Positions 1 through 10,522 of a DNA stretch of 46,744 bases are shown piece after piece; positions within the stretch are counted from its first letter, which is position 1; each line of letters opens with the position of its first letter. The notes beneath the pieces were generated by a model. It made no database searches. It saw only the letters and a list, made by a program, of their open reading frames with translations, and was not told the origin of the DNA. The translations under genes and the position numbers were made by a program. This stretch comes from a virus. Lineage: Duplodnaviria > Caudoviricetes. The stretch covers positions 1 to 46,744 of IMG/VR virus record IMGVR_UViG_3300032295_004435; one strand, written 5' to 3'.

Positions 1-134
1 AGGTAACAAATGTGGCGGATAAAATAAAGAGTGATTTAACTGCTTTCCTTTCTTCTCCTGAATTCATTGAGAGAGTTACTACGATAGCAAAAACTGCAGC
101 TGGTAATCCTCCACCTCCAAAGTTAAGAGTATAA
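1..134 (+). CDS. 3' end of an upstream gene (partial), probably virion module
   Basis: Open frame from nt 3: VTNVADKIKSDLTAFLSSPEFIERVTTIAKTAAGNPPPPKLRV, TAA at 132-134, 6 nt before the next ATG. Confidence 0.6.
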   Translation, partial: VTNVADKIKSDLTAFLSSPEFIERVTTIAKTAAGNPPPPKLRV

Positions 135-140
135 CAGTTT

Positions 141-1781
141 ATGGATTTCCAAAATGTAAAATTATTAACTTATGACCACAAAAATAATTTTTGGGGAAAT
201 AATGGTTTTAAATATGGTTCTACCATTTCGTTTTCTATAAATGGATATATTCTAGATTTAAAGGAAACATCTGGAGTTAAAGATGTTTTTCAAGCTTGTA
301 AGGCTTTATCAGACTCTTTGGGCTCATATCAAGATATAATTGTAAATAGTATAAATTATGGTCGTGGTAAAATTACTAATATTTCTTTCGACTCTGGGAA
401 TTGGGTAAAAGTAACTGAATATAATGTATCTATTGAAATAATTCAAGAGGGCGATTTGGCTACATTTTCTAGTAAAGAATTTAATGGAGATATAATATCG
501 AGTATTAAAAATTCAATTGAATATATCGAAGAGTTCACGGAATCTTATTCTTCTGATTATTCATCTAATGAAAATATAGTAAGTGGAACTCACTCTATAG
601 ACATAAGAATGTCCAGCTTGTTTTCTAATGACAAAATTACATTTGCAAAAAATCTTGCGAATTTGCTTTTTTCAAAAACGTTTCTTGAGAATTTATCAGA
701 TATAACATATTCTAAACCCCCAGAAAATGTTAGAAAAGATTATTATTCAGAAAATTATGATGTAATAAATGGCTCATGCGGATTTAAGAGAAATTTTTCT
801 TTTTCAAATTCTACGAATTGCTTTTCCACAAAAAGATCAATAAGTGTTAATTTTGGAGAAGATGGTATAACCAACGTAACAGAATCTAACTCTATCAAGG
901 GCGAATGCTTAAATCCAACATTATTTGACTCTGCGGAGGCTGGATTTTCATCTGAAATTTCTGGGGTATTTACTCGTTGCGTGGCCGTTTTTAATAATTA
1001 CAAATCTTCTTTCGGGATACAAAGTGATTTAATAAATAAAGAAATTGAAAGGGGCGTCAAAAGAAATAAATTTTCTGGGGAAATAGAATACAATGTTACA
1101 TTTACTAATGATAAAAGAAGGAAAAATGATTACACTTTTGAATATACTTTAGATTTATCTAGATCCGAGGACATGATTTGGAACGTATCTGAGGCTGGTA
1201 ATATTAGCGGCAATGATGGAATTGGATCAGTGGCTAAATTTAATAAGGCTATTGCCGGATATAATACAGAAAAAGGTGGCGTACAGGGCAGGATGACTTC
1301 ATTTTATTCTATGGCTTCTCCAAAGCCCCCCGGATCAACTTTAAAAATAATAACCAAAAATTTATCACATCAACCTTACAATGGAGTTGTTTCTTATAGT
1401 TGGTCTGGAACAGATGACATGACGCTAGATATGACAAATTCTATTAGAAGAAAAACTGTAGAAATAAATGATTCTAAGGCTACGAGAATACATAATGATT
1501 TTATCGTGCCTGGTGGAGTTTCGGCTTATGCAGTTGCTCAATTGGCAAATCAATCAAAGCAGGGAGAAAGAGATGTCAGAGGAAATTTAGAAATATCTAG
1601 CACCACGCTGCCGTTTGCTGGTGATTCTTTCTTTTCAGATTGTGTTAATTTAGCAAATTTAAATAAGGGTTCTGGAACAGATATGTATATGGAGTCTTTT
1701 TCTTTTTCCTCGGACGAAATAGAACAAAATGTTAATTTTACTGCTAAATATAAATATTCTGAAGCAGCATCATCTAGTTAA
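141..1781 (+). CDS. Putative virion structural (tail/baseplate) protein, 546 aa; paralog of the next gene
   Basis: Long S/N/G-rich beta-type ORF in a run of large co-oriented genes; shares motifs with 1822..3444. The function is inferred from context. Confidence 0.55.
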   Translation: MDFQNVKLLTYDHKNNFWGNNGFKYGSTISFSINGYILDLKETSGVKDVFQACKALSDSLGSYQDIIVNSINYGRGKITNISFDSGNWVKVTEYNVSIEIIQEGDLATFSSKEFNGDIISSIKNSIEYIEEFTESYSSDYSSNENIVSGTHSIDIRMSSLFSNDKITFAKNLANLLFSKTFLENLSDITYSKPPENVRKDYYSENYDVINGSCGFKRNFSFSNSTNCFSTKRSISVNFGEDGITNVTESNSIKGECLNPTLFDSAEAGFSSEISGVFTRCVAVFNNYKSSFGIQSDLINKEIERGVKRNKFSGEIEYNVTFTNDKRRKNDYTFEYTLDLSRSEDMIWNVSEAGNISGNDGIGSVAKFNKAIAGYNTEKGGVQGRMTSFYSMASPKPPGSTLKIITKNLSHQPYNGVVSYSWSGTDDMTLDMTNSIRRKTVEINDSKATRIHNDFIVPGGVSAYAVAQLANQSKQGERDVRGNLEISSTTLPFAGDSFFSDCVNLANLNKGSGTDMYMESFSFSSDEIEQNVNFTAKYKYSEAASSS

Positions 1782-1782
1782 T

Positions 1783-1788
1783 GTGTAA
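1783..1788 (+). promoter_or_regulatory. GTGTAA motif, candidate phage-specific promoter
   Basis: GTGTAATTTTA in a 40-nt gap; the same motif recurs in other intergenic gaps. Confidence 0.5.
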
Positions 1789-1821
1789 TTTTATGTAGGT
1801 AATTGAAAGGATATAAAAAGG

Positions 1822-3444
1822 ATGCCAGGAAATGTTAAAATATTATATGGTGGAAGTGACGTATTTTCAGGAATATGTCCAACTCCATTTTTGTATTTTG
1901 ATAAAGAATATATTGAATATGGCTCAAATTGGGGTTCTAAATATAATTTTTCTATAGAGGGACAAATAACTGGAAGAATTGGTCCGGCTGCATTTTACGA
2001 TCTAGAAAATAAAAAAAATAAATTAATTTCTAATTTCAAAAAAGATAATTTGCCAATAAGAATAACTGAAGATTCGTCACAAATTTTTCTTTCAGATATT
2101 TGCTCAATTGAATCTATATCATTTGATCAATCAAGATACTATGGGATATTACCATTTAATATTAAAGCATCTTGTTATGATAGTGGTACATTTGGTCTTA
2201 ATTATGGAGTTTTAGATCCTCAAGATTCATGGGAATATTCGGAGTCGGAGGACGGGATTGTGAATTTAAGGCATTCTATTTCTGCGGCTGGTTTTAATTC
2301 ATCTGGTATATCGGCGGTTGCTAATGCTAAGAAATGGGCGGCTACTAAAACTGGAATTAATAAAAAAATAGATTCTTTGAAAATTAAAAATTTATCTGCC
2401 ACGGATTTTATTTTAGAATCTTTTTCGGAACAAACAGACAGGTTTAATGGAAGATATTCAATTGAAGAGGTGTATAGGGGTGATTTATTAAGCTCCAATA
2501 GCGATGGCGCGGGTATTTTAAGATATGCAGTGGATGTTTCAAAAAATATAGACGATGGAATAACTAAAATTGCAATTGATGGATCTGTCGTTGGAAAGAA
2601 AAACATTGGTAAACCTGATTTATCTTTATTAAGAGCTAAAATAAATGGAGAGAATTTTTTTCAAATTGCTGCAGATTATGCAAGTAAATCTACTGGCGCT
2701 ATAAAACTTAACTCTACACCTTTTTTAAGATCAATAACAGAAAATCCGGATGCTTCAGAAATAGCTTTTTCTTTGAGTTATGATGATAATCCAGTTGCTC
2801 CCGGTGAAGCAAAATGTATTTACAGGGTTGATTTATCTGAAAATTTAATAAAAAACATAGTTGATGTTAAAATAGATGCAGAAATATTGTGTGACCGTGG
2901 AGATGCTTCAATAAGATGGAACGCTGTAAAAAATTATTATGAAACAAAATTTAATGGATACGACCTTGCCTTAAAAGAATATAAAATAGCTGGATATGTG
3001 AAAGGATTCGACTCTACGCCGAACTCAGAAAATATAAATTATGATGAATTCAATGCTAAAATAACATATTCTGCAAGTTGGAGCGATAGATATATGCCGT
3101 ATGCTGATATACTAATATCAATATCAGAACAGGTAGAGATGGCTCCGTCAATTAATGTTCATACTGTCCAACCGTCTCTTTATTCAAATGGAAATCATAA
3201 TGTCCAAAAATTTGGATGCGCTACAAGATCTTCTGTGTCAATAAATATTTCGGCTAATGCTAAGCCGGATAAAACAATAGAACAATTGAAAACTTGTGTT
3301 TTTGCAGAGCTTTCTAGACTTAGGAATATTTATGTAAAATCTACAAATATGATAGTAGATCAAAAAAATGAAACAATCAATGAAAAGTATAAGAAAATGT
3401 CAATAAGTTATTCTTATTCTTTTGATGGAACAATAGTAGGTTAA
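1822..3444 (+). CDS. Putative virion structural (tail/baseplate) protein, 540 aa
   Basis: Long ORF with AAAAGG immediately upstream; colinear motifs with 141..1781. Confidence 0.55.
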   Translation: MPGNVKILYGGSDVFSGICPTPFLYFDKEYIEYGSNWGSKYNFSIEGQITGRIGPAAFYDLENKKNKLISNFKKDNLPIRITEDSSQIFLSDICSIESISFDQSRYYGILPFNIKASCYDSGTFGLNYGVLDPQDSWEYSESEDGIVNLRHSISAAGFNSSGISAVANAKKWAATKTGINKKIDSLKIKNLSATDFILESFSEQTDRFNGRYSIEEVYRGDLLSSNSDGAGILRYAVDVSKNIDDGITKIAIDGSVVGKKNIGKPDLSLLRAKINGENFFQIAADYASKSTGAIKLNSTPFLRSITENPDASEIAFSLSYDDNPVAPGEAKCIYRVDLSENLIKNIVDVKIDAEILCDRGDASIRWNAVKNYYETKFNGYDLALKEYKIAGYVKGFDSTPNSENINYDEFNAKITYSASWSDRYMPYADILISISEQVEMAPSINVHTVQPSLYSNGNHNVQKFGCATRSSVSINISANAKPDKTIEQLKTCVFAELSRLRNIYVKSTNMIVDQKNETINEKYKKMSISYSYSFDGTIVG

Positions 3445-3445
3445 T

Positions 3446-5389
3446 ATGTCGCTTTTAAATTCATCTGGTTTCAAGGAAAAAATGGATTCACTGGGTATAT
3501 CTCAGTCTTCGTTATTGGCGGCTTATGATTTTGTTTCTGGATCTAAGTTTACAAATGGATTTTTAGATAGTCCTCCATGGGTTACTGGGTCTACATATAG
3601 CGGAAAGATAAATGGAACAGTTAATGGTTTTTATAGCGCACCTGGAAGCGGTTTTTTAAACGGATCGAATTCCATATCTATATCTGGAAAAATTCCGGAA
3701 GATGATTTTTCTTTTTTATTTTGCTATGAAAAACTTAGGGGGGGCGAAGAAGTTTTATTAAGTTCTGCTGCTGGAAATAGTTTTTCAAATTCTTCAGGAA
3801 TCACGTTGGGATTGAATGATGCTAATAAATTATATTTAGAATATTGGAATCCTGTATATGGAAAAACTTCATTAAATTACGAAGAAAATATAGGTTCAAA
3901 AAACCTAGTATATTTTAGAAAATCTTTTGGAGAGTTTCAACTAGGCATATTTGACCCTATAGAGTCTAGGTTGAGTTTTTCAACCTCGCCTTGTGATTCA
4001 TATACTTATAAGCACTCTGACTCTTTTAGAATTGGGTCCACAAATGGTTCTTATTGGTCCTCTGGGCGATCATTTAGCGGGCATTTTGATGACTTTTATT
4101 GTTTAAGTGGCATTATACCGCAAGATTATTTTTCTACTTTATATAGCGGTTTTTATTCAAGTTTATTTTCTGGGGGAATTAGTGGAGTTGGATATTTTTG
4201 CGAAAATGTTTCAATGATCACCGGAAGCGGTACTGTACTTGGAACTGGAATTACTGGTTACGAAACAAGAGTAACATATTCAACTGGATATGTTCCTACT
4301 GGGTATTTAGAAAGTGGATATAGATATTTTGTTGGCACTGGGGTTACTGGATATAATGACGTTTTTATAGGAAATGTAGAGGATGCTTGCGGGTTTTTAA
4401 ATCCGATATATGTTAAATCTCCGTTGACTGGAAATATTTATGCATCAGGAACAACTGGAGTATATACAGGAATGGCTCAAATTATAACTCCAATATATAA
4501 CAATGTAGAATTGACTGGTTTTTTAACTGGTGAGGTTTTTATTCCAGTTGATGTATCTGTATGTTCTGTTAAGACGGGATATTATCCAGATTCTATAGAT
4601 ATAGATTCTGGTTTTATTTCATCCTTGGGATTTGATTCTATTTATTCATTGCGTGAATGTTCCGAAATTGATTCAATTGAAGCGTTTTTTTATACTGACA
4701 CATATTATAATAATATAAATTTAAAACCATCTTATAATTCAATTTTATCTGATTATTTTGTTTATAATAATCATACTGGATCTGGACAAAATTTAATTTT
4801 TAACAATGGTCAGCTGTTGCTTGAAAGCGGCTGGTCTTCTTATGTGGATGGATTTTCAACTAAATACAATATAACCGGAAATATATTTCTAGATAAATTT
4901 GTAATAAGATCAAATGGATATAATGAAATTTCTGATAGTTTAATTTATGATAACTCTTCTAAAATAAGTGGTGATGCTGTGTATTTGCAAACTGGTTTGG
5001 GAAGCGGGGTTAATTTTTCATCTATTTTAACTTCACCGTATGCTGATTATTCATTGTTTTTAAATGGAATCAAATTACTAAGTGGTGTTGATTATTCTAC
5101 AAATAAAATTAATTTTGAAATTCCTGCTTCTTCGGTTTTAATAAAAATAAATAATAACTATATATCTGATTCTAAAATATATAAAACTGGAATAAGTAAT
5201 TTGATTACAAATACATTAGGCAGATTTTCTAATAATTCATCACAAGTTTACGTCAATGGATTGAGGCAAGAAATAGATAATGAGTATCTTGAGATTTCTA
5301 AATTTAGTATTTTAACGGGTTGTGTAATAGATCAAGATTTAAATTATAAATTAATTTCTTATTCAGATAGTGATTTTTGGAATATATAA
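3446..5389 (+). CDS. Putative tail-associated protein with LamG/concanavalin-like N-terminal domain and Thr-Gly-rich central region
   Basis: FRIG...FSGHFDDF LamG-like motif; many TG/TGY repeats; three C-terminal (F/Y)xNG repeats (IFNNGQLL, LFLNGIKLLSGVDY, VYVNGLRQ). Confidence 0.5.
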   Translation: MSLLNSSGFKEKMDSLGISQSSLLAAYDFVSGSKFTNGFLDSPPWVTGSTYSGKINGTVNGFYSAPGSGFLNGSNSISISGKIPEDDFSFLFCYEKLRGGEEVLLSSAAGNSFSNSSGITLGLNDANKLYLEYWNPVYGKTSLNYEENIGSKNLVYFRKSFGEFQLGIFDPIESRLSFSTSPCDSYTYKHSDSFRIGSTNGSYWSSGRSFSGHFDDFYCLSGIIPQDYFSTLYSGFYSSLFSGGISGVGYFCENVSMITGSGTVLGTGITGYETRVTYSTGYVPTGYLESGYRYFVGTGVTGYNDVFIGNVEDACGFLNPIYVKSPLTGNIYASGTTGVYTGMAQIITPIYNNVELTGFLTGEVFIPVDVSVCSVKTGYYPDSIDIDSGFISSLGFDSIYSLRECSEIDSIEAFFYTDTYYNNINLKPSYNSILSDYFVYNNHTGSGQNLIFNNGQLLLESGWSSYVDGFSTKYNITGNIFLDKFVIRSNGYNEISDSLIYDNSSKISGDAVYLQTGLGSGVNFSSILTSPYADYSLFLNGIKLLSGVDYSTNKINFEIPASSVLIKINNNYISDSKIYKTGISNLITNTLGRFSNNSSQVYVNGLRQEIDNEYLEISKFSILTGCVIDQDLNYKLISYSDSDFWNI

Positions 5390-5423
5390 TTGATATTGTT
5401 AATTTAATATTTAAAATAAATTT

Positions 5424-7856
5424 ATGGCTATAGAGTTAATACCACCAATCAATGCATCTTTTTCGTCAAATGGCTTTGTTTATGCAATAGACTTCCAGAA
5501 GTCTTTTTCTTCTGAGCCTTCAAGGGTTACTTATAAAGTTATTAATAGAACGGGACAGTATTCATTGCCATTAATAGAGCAAGACGCGTCTATTAGTTTT
5601 TCTAATTTTAATTTTAATGGATATGTGTATTCTTATGAGGTGGAGGAGTCTAATTCTGGAAATATTTTAACTGTCACGTTGATAGATAAAAGTGTTATTT
5701 TAGACAAGTTGCATGTAGTTGTTTTTCGACCGGGAATGTTTAACGAGAGCGGCACTAAAAAAGTCGTTAAATTAGATGTGAAATTTACCAGTGAAGACGC
5801 ATTTTATACAATAGGAACTGATGGGGCGGGATTTAAGATAATAAAAAATAATTATACTAATACTCAGGTTGATAGAAGTGTTAGAGGATTAAATAAAAAA
5901 ATAGGAGATATTATAATGATTGGCTCCGAGGAGCCTGCGGATACAAAATGCGAGCTTCCGGCGTGTTCTTATACTTTTAATGATTTGAAAAATGTCACTG
6001 GTGTTTCTGGATTTTCAAGTTGTCCAATAAATGATAGCACCGTAAGGCAGACTTATGAGGGTACGTTGAGGTCTGTTTTGAATAGTTGGTGTCAAGATTT
6101 TGGATATTCTTTTTATTGGGATTATTCTAGTAATACTTTAAGATTTTTTGATGCCACTAACTCTGTATTTAGTTTGCCCGTCGCTGCAAATGATCCTAAA
6201 ATAACTTCTAAAAAGTATACGAAAAGCGCAGAGGGTAAATATAATCAAGTGGCTGCAAATTATTTTGCTAAACCATATAATCCAAAAACAGCATCGGCGA
6301 GTCTTTCTCAAACGTTTCATTCGACCAGTTCATTGATTCCATATAATTGGTCATATTTTATAAATAGAGCATTGATTGAAAATGAAACTACGTCTTATGG
6401 CGGTGGAAGGACTGCTCAACAGTTTATTATTAGCGCAGCATTGGGATTCGTGTCTCCATCTTTAAGAAAAATTTATAATTATTCTTGGATAACTACGTGG
6501 GGTAGTCAGGTTGGATTTTCTGTTGGTGTTTATTATTTGGCTGTATCTCGATTAGCTGTTGTTCTGAATGACTCTGGATTGAAGGAGGATGTAAAAGATT
6601 TAGTTGATTTTAGTGGATATCAGACTGCTAATTTAGACGCCGGTTATGTTGCGCTTCTTACAAAATATGACGCGGGACTTGAAGGAAAATGGACAGCAAT
6701 AGAGCAGGATATTTTTACGAGCAAAATAGGTAATTTTTATAGGTGCCCTACAAACAAGTCAAAAGAGACTAAATTTTGTACAAAAAATATGATAGTAACT
6801 ACTTCTATATCATTTGATCCTGAGGGTTCGATTCTGGAAGATAATGATGTAACAGCTAGTGATAGTAACAATTTTAAAGGAAGACCTGTATTTTCAAGGG
6901 GTGCTCCTGGTCCGGACGCTAATAGTGTGGAAGCATTAGAAATGCTTGGATTAAATGACGACGGGTCACGGGCTCTTGAAAAATTAATTCCGTTGCAGAT
7001 TCCTGTTTTATCTAATTCTAAAATTTATAAAAAAATGATAGATTCTAATTTAATTTCAGCAAGCGAGCTTAATAAATATAACACCATTATTATTATTCCA
7101 AAGGTTGAACTTGTTGATCAAAAATTAAAATTTCGTGTTAATTATTCGACCGGAACAAATAAAAGAGAGACTACTCATTTTGATATAGATTCTAATAAAG
7201 ACCCCAATCCTCCAAAATGTACTCTGCAAGATATAAACGAAAAAAAATGTTTATCTGCCAAAGAGGAGATAATGAAAAAACAGGAGGAACTAAAATTTAA
7301 TAATAATCAGCTTGAAAAAGAAAAACCAACCGCCGGTTTAGTTTCTAAATCGCCATGTGTGGGCGCAACCATATCAATCAACAGTAAAAGCGTAAGGATT
7401 TTATCTTCTTCTTACGCTCAATATAGGTCTGTAATGAGTTATAGTTATTCGGTCGAGGCTATTTCTGATCAAACTGAGGCGGAAAGTATTGTTTTCAATT
7501 TATCTGGAAGTAATTCTAGTAGTTCAAACATAATAGAAACTAGATTAATAGTTGAAAATAGAACAACGGCTGAAAATTTAACCAAAGAAAAACCAACTCC
7601 GCAGCAAATAGCAACCAGACGGGGTTATTTGCAAAGCAATAATATGGAAAAAGTGACCTATACTTGCGCAGGTTTTGTTAATTCTTTACCTTTGGGCGTT
7701 GCTTCCGGATTAGAAAACTTAAACATGTCTATATCTGATTCTGGATTTTCAGCCTCTTACTCTTATTCGACGCGTCCGCCAGTTTTTGTCAGGCAAGATA
7801 GTTTTGCGGCAAGGGTTGGGTCAGTATCTTCTCAACCGGCAATACAAGTGAGGTAA
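5424..7856 (+). CDS. Putative baseplate hub / tail protein, 810 aa
   Basis: YEGTLRSVLNSWCQDFGYSFYWD resembles the helix-strand motif of gpD/gp27-like hub proteins; position in the structural module. Confidence 0.45.
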   Translation: MAIELIPPINASFSSNGFVYAIDFQKSFSSEPSRVTYKVINRTGQYSLPLIEQDASISFSNFNFNGYVYSYEVEESNSGNILTVTLIDKSVILDKLHVVVFRPGMFNESGTKKVVKLDVKFTSEDAFYTIGTDGAGFKIIKNNYTNTQVDRSVRGLNKKIGDIIMIGSEEPADTKCELPACSYTFNDLKNVTGVSGFSSCPINDSTVRQTYEGTLRSVLNSWCQDFGYSFYWDYSSNTLRFFDATNSVFSLPVAANDPKITSKKYTKSAEGKYNQVAANYFAKPYNPKTASASLSQTFHSTSSLIPYNWSYFINRALIENETTSYGGGRTAQQFIISAALGFVSPSLRKIYNYSWITTWGSQVGFSVGVYYLAVSRLAVVLNDSGLKEDVKDLVDFSGYQTANLDAGYVALLTKYDAGLEGKWTAIEQDIFTSKIGNFYRCPTNKSKETKFCTKNMIVTTSISFDPEGSILEDNDVTASDSNNFKGRPVFSRGAPGPDANSVEALEMLGLNDDGSRALEKLIPLQIPVLSNSKIYKKMIDSNLISASELNKYNTIIIIPKVELVDQKLKFRVNYSTGTNKRETTHFDIDSNKDPNPPKCTLQDINEKKCLSAKEEIMKKQEELKFNNNQLEKEKPTAGLVSKSPCVGATISINSKSVRILSSSYAQYRSVMSYSYSVEAISDQTEAESIVFNLSGSNSSSSNIIETRLIVENRTTAENLTKEKPTPQQIATRRGYLQSNNMEKVTYTCAGFVNSLPLGVASGLENLNMSISDSGFSASYSYSTRPPVFVRQDSFAARVGSVSSQPAIQVR

Positions 7857-7858
7857 TT

Positions 7859-8986
7859 ATGTTTTTATCTAGTGGAGTATTATATAAAAGTTTCGCTGAT
7901 CAAGCCAATTTTTCTTTTAATTTAGATTTAAATATTTCTAATTCGTCTGGAATTTCAAGCGTATTTTTATCTGGAGAATCTGGTAGGTTTGATTTATTCA
8001 GTTTTATAAGCGGAAGGATTTACGATTGTAAAAATAGATTTATAAGATCTTATTCGCGCGAAGAGCAATTTGATATTTCTGGCAATTTTTCAAGTGGAAA
8101 TATTGGTTATTTTATAAATAATTACCCAGTATCTTTGAATACTAATTTATGTGCTAGTGATTTTACATTTGATAATCTATTTCTTGCTACAACTGGAGCT
8201 GATATTAATTTTAATTTAGATTTATGGGGTGATTCTCTGCCGTCTTATAGTGGAAATTTTAATAATAACCCAATAATTACTGGGTCTAAAATAACTGGGT
8301 ATTTGGTTAATAATTCGAAAAATACTTGGCAGGGTTTTAAGATTTTTTCTGCAACTTCATCATTTGTTAACGATAATTATTCAATATCTTCGAATTTAAC
8401 AGGAACAAAAATAAAACAAGGTTCTTCTGGCCAGATTGTTCTTGATTTCGGTGGAGGAACAAGCTTTAGAACAGATTCAAATAAACAGGCATTGCCTCTT
8501 ACTGGAGATATTTCTTTATTTACTAATTTTGGAAATATCGGCATTCCGGTTAACATTCCGTTGAAGGCGTCTCCTTTTTATTATATTAATTTAGATTTAT
8601 TATCGTCTGGAAGTAATACGGAAGGAACTGAGATTTCTTGGTCGTATAATTTAGAGAGGCAAGCTTGCAGCGGAACAAGATTTGAATTTAAGTTATTAAA
8701 AGATATATGGTATGATATATATAATGATTTTTCTGGTAGTTTTATTATAAATAGTGGATATAATAATGAGTCTTATTCTGGATCATTAATAAAATACAAT
8801 AATTCAGAGAATGCTTATGTTGGCACGGGTTATATTTTTGACGCTGGATGTTCCGGATCTGATATTTTTAATATAAGATTTGATATCTTGCATGATAATA
8901 AAAGCGGGATATTGAACAATAGAATGTTATATAGAATAAGCGGAATAGATGAAAATTTTTTATTTTCTGGATTTTTAACGGAGTAA
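7859..8986 (+). CDS. Hypothetical virion protein, 375 aa
   Basis: S/G/N/F-rich ORF tightly packed in the structural module. Confidence 0.5.
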   Translation: MFLSSGVLYKSFADQANFSFNLDLNISNSSGISSVFLSGESGRFDLFSFISGRIYDCKNRFIRSYSREEQFDISGNFSSGNIGYFINNYPVSLNTNLCASDFTFDNLFLATTGADINFNLDLWGDSLPSYSGNFNNNPIITGSKITGYLVNNSKNTWQGFKIFSATSSFVNDNYSISSNLTGTKIKQGSSGQIVLDFGGGTSFRTDSNKQALPLTGDISLFTNFGNIGIPVNIPLKASPFYYINLDLLSSGSNTEGTEISWSYNLERQACSGTRFEFKLLKDIWYDIYNDFSGSFIINSGYNNESYSGSLIKYNNSENAYVGTGYIFDAGCSGSDIFNIRFDILHDNKSGILNNRMLYRISGIDENFLFSGFLTE

Positions 8987-8990
8987 TTTT

Positions 8991-9545
8991 ATGTCTTTAA
9001 ATAATAAAGGAGAAGGATCAAGTATTACAAATAGGTTTCCATGTAGCGCTGCAGCCGAAGACGCAATATGTCCATTTTCTGCGATTGTTTATGAGACAAG
9101 CGTGCAGGGTCAGTACAAGGCATTTATCGAAGATGGAGAAATAAATTATACTAAATTTTATGAAAAAAATGGAGGGGGGAAGGAGTTGGCTGAAATTTCG
9201 ATTCAGCCTGAAAAAGAAATAGCTTTAATGGTTGTTTTTTATAATGATGATTATGAGTATAAGAAAATTACCAATATTTATGCAGTGAGTTATTCTGCCG
9301 ATAATAGAGACAATTATTCTACTGAGGTACAAAAGCAGGGAGAGAAATACAAAATAACAATGTATATTCCTTTGGCTTATGTTTATTTAGATACTTCCAG
9401 CACTCCGCCTACGATTCAATTAAAGCAATATTTTTGTGGAAATATTGATTTTAGATTATACTACGCAAACAAAAATGGGGCTATGTGTTTTGAATTTTTT
9501 AAAACTTTTGCAATAGATCCAGGCTTGATTCCGGAATCCACTTAA
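8991..9545 (+). CDS. Hypothetical protein, 184 aa
   Basis: Tightly packed ORF (4-nt gap); no motif recognised. Confidence 0.6.
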   Translation: MSLNNKGEGSSITNRFPCSAAAEDAICPFSAIVYETSVQGQYKAFIEDGEINYTKFYEKNGGGKELAEISIQPEKEIALMVVFYNDDYEYKKITNIYAVSYSADNRDNYSTEVQKQGEKYKITMYIPLAYVYLDTSSTPPTIQLKQYFCGNIDFRLYYANKNGAMCFEFFKTFAIDPGLIPEST

Positions 9546-9730
9546 TAGAAGTGTTTAATGTTATATTATTTTAGCCAAATTATTAAATTTGAATTATTAA
9601 TCTATGTTCAATATGTTTAGTTGGCTTAATAATTCAATCCTCGTAATAGAAACGATTACCTTACTTACAGATCCTGATGTCCGCCAGATCATTCATGCTT
9701 ATATCAATTTAAAAATTATATTATTTTAAT

Positions 9731-10498
9731 ATGAAAAAATACTGTGTTAGTTTAAATAGATCTGAAGATAGAAGATTAAAGTTTAAAAAAAACTGGATTG
9801 ATAACTTAGGTTTTGATATTGAATTTTTTGACGCTATTGATAAAAATAACATTAACGCAAAAGAAATAATTAAATGTAAAAAAAGACTTGATGCCATGCC
9901 TTTTTCGCCTTATTGTCTTTTTACTGGAAGGTATTCTATTCCTGGGATAATGGCTTGTAGTTTATCTCATTTAAAGCTTTTAAAGCAATTAGAAAATAAT
10001 TTAGACGATGATGGCGTGGTGATAATGGAAGATGACGTAATTCCTCTAGACGGCGCTGCTGAATTAGAGGATCGTATAAAGTTAGCAAGAAAATATAATC
10101 CGAGCGTTGAATCGATTGTTTGTTTTGGATTTGTAGAGCCAAGAAAAATATATGGTCTACAATTGATAAATGAGGCTGCGTCTGGAAAAAGCGTGACTTG
10201 GGATGAATCAATTTATACTAAAACAATTCCGGAATCTAAGTCTTCTATAGTTTTAATTCCTCCTCCTGGAACCTTTTTTAACTGGTATAGTAAAAAGGGT
10301 GTTTCTAGAATGATAAAATTAATAGAAGGAAAAGAGCATATGTCACTTGATATATTTTATGCTGGATTTGCTTTAGCCGGCGTGCTTTCAATATTAAATC
10401 CCGGAATTGGATATCATCCTCCGATAGATAATGTTCAAAATACTAGTTTAATAACAAGTTTTCCATATTCGTTTTTTAAAAAAAATAAATTGAAATAA
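9731..10498 (+). CDS. Glycosyltransferase family 25 (Lex2B/LgtB-like)
   Basis: YCVSLNRSEDRR, FFDAID, GIMACSLSHLKL and IMEDDV motifs. Confidence 0.85.
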   Translation: MKKYCVSLNRSEDRRLKFKKNWIDNLGFDIEFFDAIDKNNINAKEIIKCKKRLDAMPFSPYCLFTGRYSIPGIMACSLSHLKLLKQLENNLDDDGVVIMEDDVIPLDGAAELEDRIKLARKYNPSVESIVCFGFVEPRKIYGLQLINEAASGKSVTWDESIYTKTIPESKSSIVLIPPPGTFFNWYSKKGVSRMIKLIEGKEHMSLDIFYAGFALAGVLSILNPGIGYHPPIDNVQNTSLITSFPYSFFKKNKLK

Positions 10499-10522
10499 AT
10501 AAAACACAATTTATAATTTATT

